From positions 62,001 to 126,000 of the forward strand of contig JAHLTZ010000040.1 in NCBI GenBank assembly GCA_025786725.1: DNA of 64,000 bases, read 5' to 3'. Numbering within the stretch: position 1 is the stretch's first letter; the number at the start of each line of letters is the position of its first letter. The notes under the pieces were generated by a model, which saw nothing but the letters and a program-made list of their open reading frames with translations, had not been told where the DNA came from and did no database searches. The position numbers and the translations under genes are program-made. Origin of the DNA: Syncephalis fuscata S228. Lineage: Eukaryota; Fungi; Zoopagomycota. Below are positions 1 through 15,357 of this stretch, one piece after another.

Positions 1-179
1 ATTACGACTCAATCGTCGTTTTAAAGCATCGTTTTAACGTTCGATTGCCTTGCCAAGCCATTAAACTACGTTTGGCTTTGTTCTCTAGCCATACGTTTGG
101 AAAGTGTATGCATTTATACGATCTGTATTCCTGCATACACGGTAGAAATAGTATTTAGTATATTGCTGCCGTTCGGTAA

Positions 180-3059
<2,880 letters not shown>

Positions 3060-3652
3060 TCACGTATTTTCTTTATTGTTTTCCGGCCATTAATACTACG
3101 TATTCTACACCACTATTCGGTGTAGAACATACGACCACTATTACTATTATTGCTACAATCTGTCATCTGTTCTTTCGCGTTTCCCTCTAACTCTTACGCA
3201 AGCACTTGAATATACGTTGTCACTCTGCGTGCACATACAGTAGTTTATGATTGACTAAAATCGATTGATAAAAACATGCTATTGATAACAAACTAAATAG
3301 CTGGCTTGTTTTTTGTATTTAATCCTGAATTGATCACTATAATAATAAGCAATTTATAATGAATAATAAGTGATAGTTATATATTATTATTACAAAATGT
3401 ATTGTTTTTATTAATCTATTATTGATGCTATTATTGTCGATATTACGTGTTTTATTATTAAAATCATAACAAATTATTTTTACCTATTAATTTCTTTCTT
3501 TCACCTCCAATACTTTTATTACCACTGATAACTATCCCATTGGTGTTTATAACACTGGATTGTCGTGTTGAAACAATTACTCATTAAATTTCATTGTTAT
3601 TTGGCGTGTTTCTGTTATTATTAGTTCAATTATCTATTGTAAACGTTTGGAC

Positions 3653-6600
3653 ATGGAGATTGAATTCGCTAAAAGCTTTGTTTATTTGCATCATAAGCCT
3701 GATGTACCACTGGAGGTTATTCGGCCCAGCGCTGATAAACAAACGCTTCTCGTGCAGAATATCGGCTCTAATGATGTAGATAGGTTAGTCTGAACGATGA
3801 ATATTTCTGTAAATATACTAACAATAGTATATATCTAGCACGTTTAACGTCGATTATTGCGTCGATACTCTTGATAACCAGGATCATTTACGCGTCCAAG
3901 CACATATTAAAAACTTGGTTGAATCAGTGTGTGAAGGTATTCGTAATACAAATGTCCATATAGATGTATATACTGATTAACTGACTAATTGATTAATTAA
4001 AAGGTATTAGCGCTAGTGTATTTAGTATGAGTGCTAGGTAAATAGATCAGTTGGTGATCCAACTATTATTAACACGTCTATTTTATCTATCTACGCAATA
4101 ACTAGTCGATGCACCTATGATAGAAGTACAGTAGCTATACAAGCATTGGAACATTTACAGCTTCAATGGAATAAGCATCCAGATCGGTATCAAATATCCT
4201 ATGTGTAAGTAAATAGATACTTGGTTAAAACACAATATCTTATAACAAGTACTAGATTTATGGGTATTACTGACACTCGATGCCTTGATATCTCAAATGG
4301 ATCCACTATTGACGGTCAGTCATATAGATAATCAAATACTTTAATATTAATACAAATCAATAGGAGAAATATTGGAAAAAGAGGGTCTTGATCGATTTTA
4401 CGAGAAGGTGAAGGGCTGTGATAGCATTAATAAACTAGTGGCCCGTGGTAAGTAGCAACAACTACACATATTATATTGAGTATGGATTAATAAAATCAAT
4501 AGGGTGTTCACGACCCTCACTAATGAGTATTCGAGTTGAACGAATTGACAATAGTCCTACTTGTGCCTTTCTTTCATTGGTAAGTAGCAATAAATGAGCT
4601 ATACTATTTAGTTAGTACTATGTTAATTATGATTAATTGAGTAGGTAGATCTTGGTCATTCTGAATTTACATCAAATCCATTGGTGGATATACAGAGCCC
4701 CACTTCAGTCAATGTGCTTTCTAGATCCTTTGACGTATTCAGTGAGTACTTTTCGATTAATATTAATAGATATTATAACAAAGGCTATTATAGTGCAAGT
4801 AGTCCGTTATGGTTCACAGTCTACATTCAGCGGCTATCTTCCTACAAAAATTCAATGTTGACACGTTTGACGGCTAGTAAGTAGTATAAAAACAGCCATT
4901 AAGCCAGCATGGCTTATTTCTTTGATAGGTGCCATTGGACAAAATTGTATGACCACCTTTATATTCCATATTGAGGTATTACTATACACACCATTTAAAC
5001 ATTGGCAATATTAATAAATGTATAGGCCACCAAACCAGCTGCACTACCAGAAGCTACAATGGCTATGAAATTTGCTGAAACTGCCCGTAAGATCCGTTGT
5101 CAATTGGTAAGTTAAATGTGCATCTATACTGTATCAATACAAATAACCTATTATAATTAGGCGCCTTCCAAAATTGATCTAAGACTGCCGTATTATGAAA
5201 AGAAATACCGGGATAATTGTGATGCCATCGAAAAGATGGAGGTAAGACTAAACTTAGTCGATTAATAAACAATAATTGCTAATAACATTTACTAGGAGGA
5301 GAAAATGAATAACAATTTAGGAAATGAACAAATAAACGAGATTAAGGCTCTGCTTCAAGAGGAACAGGAAAGCAAAGCGAAGCTTTTAACTCGTTGCAAA
5401 GTACTTGAACAAGAACTGGCATTCACTGCTGAGGATCTGCAATTTCAGCGTGAATTATATTCAGCTGAGGTAATTGTTTATTAATACTTGGCTATGATAA
5501 GCTAGATTAATGAATTATATTAGGCGAATAGTAAGATTGATGTATTAACGAAGGAGACACGTATGAAAGTATCACGTTCAGAGACCGAGTCTATTTCTGC
5601 ACAAGAAGCAATAAGACAAGCTAACGTTCAGCTAGGTAAGCCATTATAACTATACAATATTTATCAGCATTTATTTATACCGTTGATAGCTATGATTGAA
5701 GACGATAAAGAGGCAGCGTTACAAGCAAAAGTGTTACTTGAAAAGATGTTGAATAGCGCCAAGGTAAATAAATACGAATTAGCTTAGTGTTTACTTACCA
5801 CTATAGGTGGAAACACAACGAGTTCTTACACTTAACGAAGAATTACAGCTAGCTATTCACAAGCAGGAACAATCGGCGCAAAAAACAGAACAAAAGCTGA
5901 ACCGAGAACTGGTAGAAATGAAAGAGAAATATGAAGCGTTAAAGGACAATTATATGGATATCAAGACAAACAATGAACAGCTAAATCAGCAATTGAAGAC
6001 GGCCCAGTCTCAGCTGGAATCAACGGCAAATACACAAGACAGAACGGCACAAAAGACGGAGCAAGCATTAAATAAGAAATTAGCTGCTACTGAAAAGAAG
6101 TATGCCAGTTTGGAGAAAAGTCATACAGCCCTCAAAGACTCAAATAAGCAATTAGCAAGTGAATTGGAAGAGGCACGATCCCAACTACGTTTAGCGATTA
6201 ATATGGCGGAAGCGACACAAAAACAGCTTGATCAAACGTTAAATCAAGCTGGAGAGGCCGCATCTTTGACAAAGAATATGCGTAATGTCGAACAAGAGAA
6301 TGTCAAATTAAAGGTATGCTGATCATATTGATTTATCATTTTCTAATCGGCAGTTATTTAGTTTGAGATAGAACAGTTGACTAAGCAACTGGCTCATACG
6401 ACCATTAAGATGGACAAGTTAAAAAAGAAGAAACAACAGCCAAATACAGTAGCCAAGAATAATAATACTATTAGTGAGAAGGTAAATAGTCTATATTAAC
6501 AAATGATCAAATACTAATAATAGATTTACTATAACTATAATGAAAAAGACTCAAGCTAAACATCATCGGCCGTTACTTATTCTGCAATGATGGTACAAAG

Positions 6601-7333
6601 TCATAGTGTTGAATCTGATCATCCAGACACAGATAATGATGATATGTTTATTGATGATGCTGCACCAAAGACATCCAGTGGCAATAATACGACATTGAAG
6701 CAGTTGGCCAATGAGAATGACCAAATGACTGTTCAACCAAAACAAAGTCGTCCCAAGACTAAATCGGCCGAGACAACTAGTCTAAATAATACTGCTGCTT
6801 TGCCTAAACGAACACCTGGTCGTCCTAAAAAGTTGACCACAGATACAGATGGCATGATGTCACCGGCTAATAAAAGTCTACGGCTATCAAACCAAAGTCA
6901 GTCAAGTCTAAAACACCGAGTCTAGATACCGATGATACATCGTCAGATGGTTTACCACCATCCAATGCAAACACTACAACTAGCACGAGTGCCACAATGG
7001 TAAGTGCCAATACATTTAATTACATTTTTGTAGAACAGGTGTATTAATGCTATATTAATTAGCGTAAGCCATTGCATCAAATGGCCAGTAATACTGCACC
7101 CAAAACAACACTGCCACCGGCTGATGGTAAAAAACGCCGTAAACTTATGAATAGTCGTGTAATGATGAATATTAAGGTAAGTAAAAACACACACAGTGTA
7201 ACCATATAGCTACTATGCAAATATAATAACGCTCATTCACTTATGCACATTGTAGAGCCCTGATACAAAACCATCTAATCCAACATTACCTGGTATTCGC
7301 ATTGGATTCTCTTACAAGCATCCACATATTTAG
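3653..7333 (+). CDS. Degenerate kinesin motor-homology protein with long coiled coil and basic/AT-hook-like tail
   Basis: Spliced exons give LSLVDLGHSE (cf. LVDLAGSE), YLP[Y]KNSMLTRL (cf. IPYRDSKLTRL), SAIGQNCMTTFI (cf. SLGGNxxT) and EATMAMKFAETARKI (cf. ETLSTLRFAxRAKxI). Coiled-coil exons span ~5160-6480. KRTPGRPKK lies near 6810-6835. The start codon is uncertain. Confidence 0.8.
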
Positions 7334-7561
7334 TTTGTTATTGGCTGAGTTATTTCATACGTAGCGTTTAAAGTAAATTTTCCATTGTTATCTTCCATTA
7401 TTCATTCATATTATGGTCTTTCTACCAACATTAATAACATAATCATTATAAGCAAATGCATATATATCGAAGCAGAGCTAAAATAACCCTTTAGTATGAA
7501 TTGAGCAGCGAAACAACGGGTGGTTAATAATCGTGTCTCGATGAACGAGGTCTTTGCTGAA

Positions 7562-8092
7562 TTAGCGAAGACGACGGGCTTCACGCTCAGACTCGAGCAA
7601 GCAGAGGACATCGTTTTCACGGATTGGGCCCTTGACGTTACGGATGATTTGACGATGGCTGTCGTCCATGAGTTCAACGCGGACCTGGGTGACACCACCA
7701 CGGGAGCCGGTACGGCCGAGAACCTTAAGAACGCGAGCAAGCTTGACTGGTTGTTTGTCCTATATACATACACAGATATATTTGTAAAACGGCGCGTTAA
7801 CAATCTATTCGTCTCATCTATTATACAAGTTATGCCTATCCCATAGCTATATAATGTTTATTCTATCCACTATTAGTAGTGGCATACTATTGACCATAGA
7901 TTGGGTCAAGTATAGAATTCCACTACAATTGTCTTTTTTAACCTGAATAGTATGTATTGATAGATTCATCCATCGATATATCCATCCATCCATCCATCCA
8001 TCTACTCTGTTCTATGTATATTTATCTCTCTCTCTAGTATACTGGATGGCCATAGCTATTTGACGGGGCCATCTTGTCTGTATACATACCAT
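7562..8092 (-). CDS. RPS28: 40S ribosomal protein S28 (eS28)
   Basis: ATG-only first coding exon, intron 7760-8089, then [65 protein letters not shown]. Confidence 0.97.
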
Positions 8093-8137
8093 GTTGATGA
8101 TCTGCTGCAATTGCTGATGTGAACAGGCAAGAGCTGT

Positions 8138-8151
8138 GGAAAGAGGAGGAG
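8138..8151 (-). promoter_or_regulatory. Pyrimidine tract CTCCTCCTCTTTCC upstream of RPS28 (TOP/TCT-like)
   Basis: Lies ~50 nt upstream of the ATG. Shares CCTCCTCTTTC with the RPS4 upstream region. Confidence 0.5.
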
Positions 8152-8672
8152 CGTGATTGTGTGGTAGTGGAGGCACACCACAAAGCACACTCAGCCGCCA
8201 CTCAATCGGCAATAGTCATTCTGCACACAATCACTCATCCACACACACACACACACACACGTATGTAAAATTATAGAGTTGATTGTCAAAGTATTAATAT
8301 TTATGTACATTAAATTGATTTTAATAGTAACTAACATAGTAACATACTGAATACAACGTATAAAAGTATATATTGTTTAATAAATAATGAGGTTATACAC
8401 TAATAATTATTGAATATAATAATAATAATATTGTTAATAATAATTGTAATTTTAATACTGATATTAACCGTAATGTTGGTGATTTAGTTTGTCATAGTTT
8501 GTGTGACGATCACAATAGCAATGGTTTCCAAAATGTAGAGTTGAACACCCTTCTATATTTCATAGAGCTATTTATTGGATAAAGAAATATATTTATTATA
8601 GTGTGCTAAAATAATGTGATATGTGCTATATATATATATATATATATATGTAATGATAAGCGATTGGAATAA

Positions 8673-9203
8673 CTAGGTAATAATCGGATGGCAATTGGCC
8701 GTAGCACATGAATGGCAGGTCTCTTTTTTGGCAATACAAATATGTCCTGGTGGGCATATTTTAGTTTCACAGGTTGGTGCCCAAAGACAATTAATGCACC
8801 CAGATCCTTTCTTTGGCGTTGGTTCATTGCTTGGTTCTCCAATAGGTTGTGATAATGAATCATTGTCTGGTTCGTCGGTGAATGGTGGTAATGAATCTAA
8901 ACTATCGTCATCATCGGTTTCTATTCTAACAAAAAATTAAAAGTCGATTTTATATTATTGACTATGCTTACCATCGCCAGAAAGACACTTGGCATATGAA
9001 CAGACACAGCGAGTTTGGGGAATTACTTGGCACTTGGTGCAGCCTTTTTTACACGTTGGAACAGAAGCAATACAATCAATTTTGGGACATGTCTTGTCGC
9101 TACCATTGGATCTTCGTAGCATGGTCATGCCATTGACTTGAGTATGGCTATTCATGGCGCTTAAAGCCAAGATAGTAGCGATAAGTACAGAGTGTCGCAG
9201 CAT
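8673..9203 (-). CDS. Small secreted cysteine-rich protein with two 8-Cys Opy2-like modules (~159 aa)
   Basis: Hydrophobic signal peptide and RR dibasic site. One intron at 8921-8971. Two 8-Cys repeats are separated by an acidic/Pro linker. No transmembrane helix. Confidence 0.8.
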
Positions 9204-10820
9204 TTTTTAAAGAAATTAGTAGAATAGAAAGATAAATGTAAAAAGAGCGGATGCACATCAATCAGTCGCTATTTAAACTTAACAGGTTCCTCTTTGCAAT
9301 GCACTGTGCTGCATAGATTAATCACGCTGTGCGCAACTTAATAGGCCAGCTGCCTTAGATCTTCGTTCTGGTAGCATGATGCTGGTCATGAGGATGGCAA
9401 GCTTACTGTTTACAAGTACTGGCCTTTGTTTATTGAGTCCCATCAGGTTATGGCCATTTTTGCGTTTTGGTATACTTGTATTGCTACCTTACTAGCTTGT
9501 ATGGAATAAAAAATAACCTTTTGGGTTTTTTAAGAACATTTCAAATACCAAAGTGACAGGATTGGTAATAATATTATTAAATGTTAATGCATTATGGCGT
9601 TACCATATTTGGATATGTATATAATTCGGCTCTTCTTGCTTTTTTATCGCTGTACTATTTTTCAAATGCAATGCAATAGTCATATGAACTACGCTGATTT
9701 TACTATTGAATAAAAAAAGACTTTTTTCCTGTGTGTGTGTGTGTTATTAACCCTACAGCAATCAACCTTCTATTTCTTTATTCTATTATATACTGTTTCA
9801 TGATCGTTGTTCAAGGTGTAATCTAGTGTGAATTGCGTGTCTGATGCAATACTTACTGCATTATTTCTACCTATACTGAAGATTCAGCTATAAACTATTT
9901 AATAAACTTACTGACTATATTTATATTGATTATTTTTGGACGAATCAAAAGTACAGTGCGTAAGGTTAGAATGCTGAGCAATAGCACAGCTGCTGTATTA
10001 AATTGTAAAGTAAATACTATAGCTAAATACAGAACTTGTGCTATATAGAAGCATAATGTGACGGCCACATTAAGTTCAAGTCATAATAAAAGTCCTGACA
10101 AATTCAAAACTTGAATTTGGCTATTTCGCATAAAGCTGTTGGCCTTTGGATATTAATAACATTTTTACGTCACTTTTTTGTAAAGATTTTTCGGGCGCTT
10201 AGTCATTTTATACCAATACATTTCGTACGGTGCTTATAATAAAATACTATTAATAGAATAAATTAATAATCTAACCTCTTATTTGTTCGGCATTGGAACC
10301 GTCAGAGGCCTATACATAGTATATAGCTGTGTGACAAACAAGTTTTGGATATAAGAGGAATAGTCTATACCTATTTGTACACCTAGCATCAGTATGGTCA
10401 TTTCTCATGAACTTGACAATTGTATGAAGATCCTAATCTATATTCATACCATGTATCAAATATGTACTACCATATGGCAAGATGGCATGACTTTACCGAC
10501 ACATTAACTTGTTCTAATTATATCTACTATGGACAACGGCCAGAATCAATTGTGTTCTAGCCGTCTGACTAATCTTTTAATAAAGTTTACTAATAATAAT
10601 AATAAAGCGATGCGTATTTAAAGCGACGAATATTTACATTTTAACAGCGTCTTATCATACTCCAACCACCACTCCAATCAGCGTTTCAACCGTTATCCTT
10701 TGCTACAAGTTGGCTTTGTGTTTTCACTTAGTTTACTTGCCTATAAGCCAATAGTCGTTATTTCAACGAAATAATTTCTGTTGTCACTTGTGTTTTTATT
10801 TGCTTTCACTTTTTGTGACC

Positions 10821-11670
10821 ATGACTGCTGCCCTTGCTGCCCCTGCTGCTCCAAGCAAGAAGGTTCTCATGATTATTACCATGACAGTGTCGCCTCCGAG
10901 CTCGTAGGACCTTGTAGGATAACAAGCGACAAGACTGATGATTTTTATTAACTATACAGTCTCTAGGGGAAGTATTCCGCCGTATTGGCATGGACGTAAC
11001 GGTAGCTAGCGTGGACACCGAAACGGTCGAAGTTCTCTCAGATACAAAGATCAAAATGATTGCTGATGTTCCTTTCAGCGCCGTTAACCAGGTAGGTAGC
11101 GTATTATTCACATAATTATTTTTTATTTATACAATTCTAGGACGAATATGATGCTATTGTCGTTCCAGGTGGCATCTCGGCCCACACGCTGTCTCAAAAT
11201 GAAGAGGTCAAACGCTTGTTACAACGCTATCATGCTCAAGGCAAGCTTTTGGCTCTTATCTGTGCCGGTAAATAACTATTCTATTGGAAGTTCCAAAGAC
11301 TTATTTTAATTACTACTAGCACCTACAATTCTGGCTGCTGCTAAAGTGGCTCCAGGCATCAGGATCACGTCCTACCCATTATTTGAGGATCATTTTGAAG
11401 GCAAGTTCAATGTTGCATCCAATAATAGACAAGCTAATATTAGGAAATACCTTTTAGATTATGTATATGTCAAAGATCCAGTGGTTATTGAGGGCAATAT
11501 TATTACTAGGTAAGTTTGCTGGCATTAAATTATATACTGCAATCTAATATATTATAATTGCCAAATAGCCGTGGCCCAGCCACTACATTCGATTTGCCAT
11601 GGCCATTGTTGGATATTTGTTGGGCGATGAAATTCTCGCCAAGGCCAAGGCTGAAAACGTATTCGATTAA
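10821..11670 (+). CDS. DJ-1/PfpI/ThiJ family protein, paralog A
   Basis: Motifs KKVLMII, YDAIVVPGG, nucleophile elbow ALICAAP, ITSYP, VVIEGNIITSRGP. Apparent -1 deletions at ~10880 and ~11594. GC-AG intron at 11401. Confidence 0.9.
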
Positions 11671-12237
11671 TTTCTGCTGCACGTTGTTACTGAACTATTA
11701 TTGTTTAATCAATAAATGAGCACAGTTATTAGAATTAATATTTTATTGTTAGTAATTGTAATGAATTATAATGTTACAATAAATAAATAGAATTTATAAG
11801 CATACAAAATGCATAAAATATAAATTGGAATGTCTTAGTTGTTTTTATTGATAGTAGGAACTAATCAATTATATAGCTGCTTCCGTGCAAGTGGAAAACA
11901 TGCCAGAAATATGGTAAAATAATGTGTAGCAACAATTATTTAGCATAAAAGATTAAGTAATTTATAATTATTAACGATGGCTTTCCTCGTAGTTATTAGC
12001 ATACTGCCACAAATAAAACTCTTTATTTGAAGACAAGAAACCGATAAAAGATACGCTTTCTTTTAGCTTGCCATCTTTCAATCAGTACAGGCTGGAAAAA
12101 CATAACTCCACTATGACATTACACAGTGTAACAATGACCTCTATTTAAACCATCATGTCTCACGTCATCCACACTTCGCTCTACTTCAACTCACTTCCTG
12201 TTTTTATTCAGCCATTTGTTCTATTCAACAGCCAACC

Positions 12238-13061
12238 ATGCCAGCTACAAAGAAAGTGCTTTTAGTGCTGACTCACGGTAATGTCCCATGTGAGGCCCTT
12301 GTACCCAGTAAGTTGCTCTACTGCTTCATAGTTTTGTACTTGATATGATGACAATTATTTAGCTGAAATGCTTCGTCGTGTTGGCGCGCATGTAACGGTG
12401 GCCAGTGTACAGACGGAGACCACGATTGTAAACTGCAGCATGGGCATTAATATTGTAGCAGATACAAAATTTGAAGATCTTACTGAAGTGGGTCAATTCG
12501 TTATACGTTAAATCCGTCTAATTGTGTGTATTAGGATGATTTTGATGCTGTTATCCTCCCGGGCGGTCTTGATGCCTCAAAAACAATGGCCGCCAATAAA
12601 GATATGCAGAATCTATTCAGGAAATATCATGCCGCGGGCAAATTGATTGCTCTTATCTGTGCCGGTGAGTGAATCTAATAGCTATTTAGAATCATGCTTA
12701 GCGTGTGTTTTATTGGCACTAGGACCTACGCTATTGGCCGCTGCAGGAATTGCTCCTGGCAGTAGAATCACCTCGTATCCTACTGTCAAATCGACATTTT
12801 CCGGTAAGTAAATACACCATGTAACGAACAAGCTAGTAATTATATTGTTTATTAGACTACGAATACGTTGAAGAAAACGTTGTAATTGATAAGAATATCA
12901 TTACTAGGTAAGTAAATCGTTATTCAATGTGACTAGCCAGCTTATTCTGTTACTACTAGCCGTGCTCCTGGCACGTATTCCCATTTGCCATGGCCATTCT
13001 TGAATATCTTTTGGGCAAGGAAGCGACCGATAAACTGCGAGCATCTAGCCTGATTTACTAA
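12238..13061 (+). CDS. DJ-1/PfpI/ThiJ family protein, paralog B
   Basis: Motifs KKVLLVL, FDAVILPGG, ALICAGP, ITSYP, VVIDKNIITSRAPG. Intron positions match paralog A. Apparent -1 deletion at ~12975. Confidence 0.9.
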
Positions 13062-13289
13062 ATTTATTAGTACTTATTTGAACATTTCTCTATAGCGTAA
13101 TTTTCAAATAAAACTACTTCACTAATACATCCGTTAATTAAAAAAATATACAAATGTATCTTTATTTATTTAATGTATAAATGGCAAATCATTAATGGCT
13201 ATATTTATGGTTGAGATATGACGTGGCAGATCAGTGCCAATTTTAATTTAATTGGCTCTTTTTACCTAAATCACATATTGCTGATCAGT

Positions 13290-14143
13290 ATGAATCCTGA
13301 AGAAGACACAGAATGGAACGACATTCTACGTGCCCATGGCATTCTGCCACCCAAAGTTGGAGAGAAAGAAGAGTCGGACGGTGAACCAGAAAGCGTGGAC
13401 GAGCAACGAACACGACAACTGGATGGTGTGGCACTTGACGAACTCGATGAGCTTGACGAGTTTGCCGACGACCATTTTGTCGAAGCTTACCGGTAAGTTA
13501 GCCGTATTGCCACTTAATCACTAAGTGCTTATGACGCAACAGTCGACAGCGTATGGCAGAAATAAAAGCTCAAGCAGAACAGGAGCGCTTTGGCACGCTA
13601 GTCCAAATCAGCAAACCTGACTTTATCCGTGAAGTAACTGAGGCTAGCAAAGAAGTCTGGGTTGTTGTTCATTTATTCCAAAATAGGTCAGTATCTATTG
13701 ATCACTTGTCATATAGCAAGTATTCATTCTATACTTCTACTATCTAGTCTACCATTATGCCGTTTGTTAAATGAACGGTTAAGTGTATTGGCAGCAAATA
13801 TCGATCCACCAAGTTTATTAAAATATTTTCTACTGATTGTATTCCCAATTATCCCGATCGTAATCTACCTACACTGCTCATTTATGGCAATGGAGATATG
13901 CAACGGCAATGTGTTGGTACTGCTCAACTGGGTGGCCCTCAACTGGATATTAAAAGTAAGTAACACATTCTTTTATTTACTAATCATTTCTAACAACGAT
14001 AATTTATTGATTGTTGTTTAGAACTTGAACGAATTCTAGAACATGCCGGTGCATTAACCGTGACCACAGCATTTGACGAGGATCAAGATCACAAGCAGAA
14101 TAATACGAACAATAGTGACGATGACGATGACGATTTTGACTAA
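13290..14143 (+). CDS. PLP2: Phosducin-like protein (PhLP2/Plp2/PDCL3 class)
   Basis: Motifs MNPEEDTEWNDILRAHGILPPK, ISKPDFIREVTEAS, WVVVHL, CIPNYPDRNLPTL, then an acidic tail. Apparent -1 deletion at 13796-13798. Confidence 0.92.
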
Positions 14144-14169
14144 TCCTCTTCGTCATGGTAATAAACGAT

Positions 14170-15357
14170 TTAAGCACGATACTTTTTTAAAATACGCTTT
14201 TCAACATTTTGTAATTCCCATCGGTGTACTGTTAATTCAAGATTTTCTTTTTCTGCCGAGAAGAGCTTGTTGAAGTCTTGTGGCTGGCCGGTTTGAGCCA
14301 TGCCCATGCCACCCATTGCTTGCATATCACGCATGCCATCAGCCGCTAGACATTTATATCATTATCAATATTTACATTATATAGTTACAGCCAAATATGC
14401 TACTACTCACCATTATCTTCGCCAAGAATAATATTAAAGATACTACGTAGACCAAATAGATTAAGGAAATACCAGGAAAGTGAAGATACCCATGCAACAT
14501 CCATATCTGATGTATTGATGCCACGTTGTAACATACTTTTAAACCGTAATGTTAAAGGAAATGGCAATTTAACTAATAAAATCATTAGCATTTACATCTA
14601 TTTACTAACAACAACAACAACAATAATAATAATAATAATACTTACTTAATACAAATCCTGAAAAGAAATAATTAACCCAACCCATAATAATTGTCTGTGG
14701 AATAATCATAGCTAATCGTCATTAGTAAGCCATCTTCATTGAAGTAATAAGCTACACATGCTTACCCATATTATTCTTCATGCCAGACATCATCACCTCC
14801 ATACCGGCCGGATCAGTCATAGGATTTGATGTACCGGATGCAGCATTTGGATTCTTTAAATAAATGCCGTCCTCGTAAGCCTTGCATAGAAATGTTTTAC
14901 GCTGAGTGAATGATGCCAGTGGCAAATGATTGGCCGAGTTACGTAACAGCATACCACGAGCCAGTGCTTTTCTATTATACCATTATAATTGTTTAATAAT
15001 ACGTTAATTCTTATTCAATATCTAGTAAAGAAATGCCTACGTCTCTTTTACGGCTTTAACGGTGCTTTTTGGCGGCTCTCCAGTAATAAGTAGCGTTACT
15101 TGATGGCGTAACACGCCCACCATAATCATTACTACCATGATGGGAATAAGTACCCAATCGCGAATGGCTTAACAAAAGGATTAGCACGTGTATGTTATAT
15201 GTATGAATAAGCATGTGTCGCGCCATACATGTATGACGCGTGCTATGACCAGGCCACGGGGTCTACTTACCTGGATCGAGGTACATTGATTGGCTATACG
15301 CATGTCAGTAAGACAGTATATTGCAAATACAATAACTTACTTATCAAGGGACGACAT
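14170..15357 (-). CDS. EMC3: ER membrane protein complex subunit 3
   Basis: Motifs [58 protein letters not shown]. Confidence 0.95.

Noticed and set aside
7411-7846. ORFs 7520..7846 (+) and 7411..7803 (-)
   Set aside because: Antisense or off-frame shadows of RPS28.
10260-10500. Minus-strand exon-like fragments between the Cys-rich gene and DJ-1 A
   Set aside because: Splice-like signals are present, but no coherent ORF or recognisable protein could be assembled.
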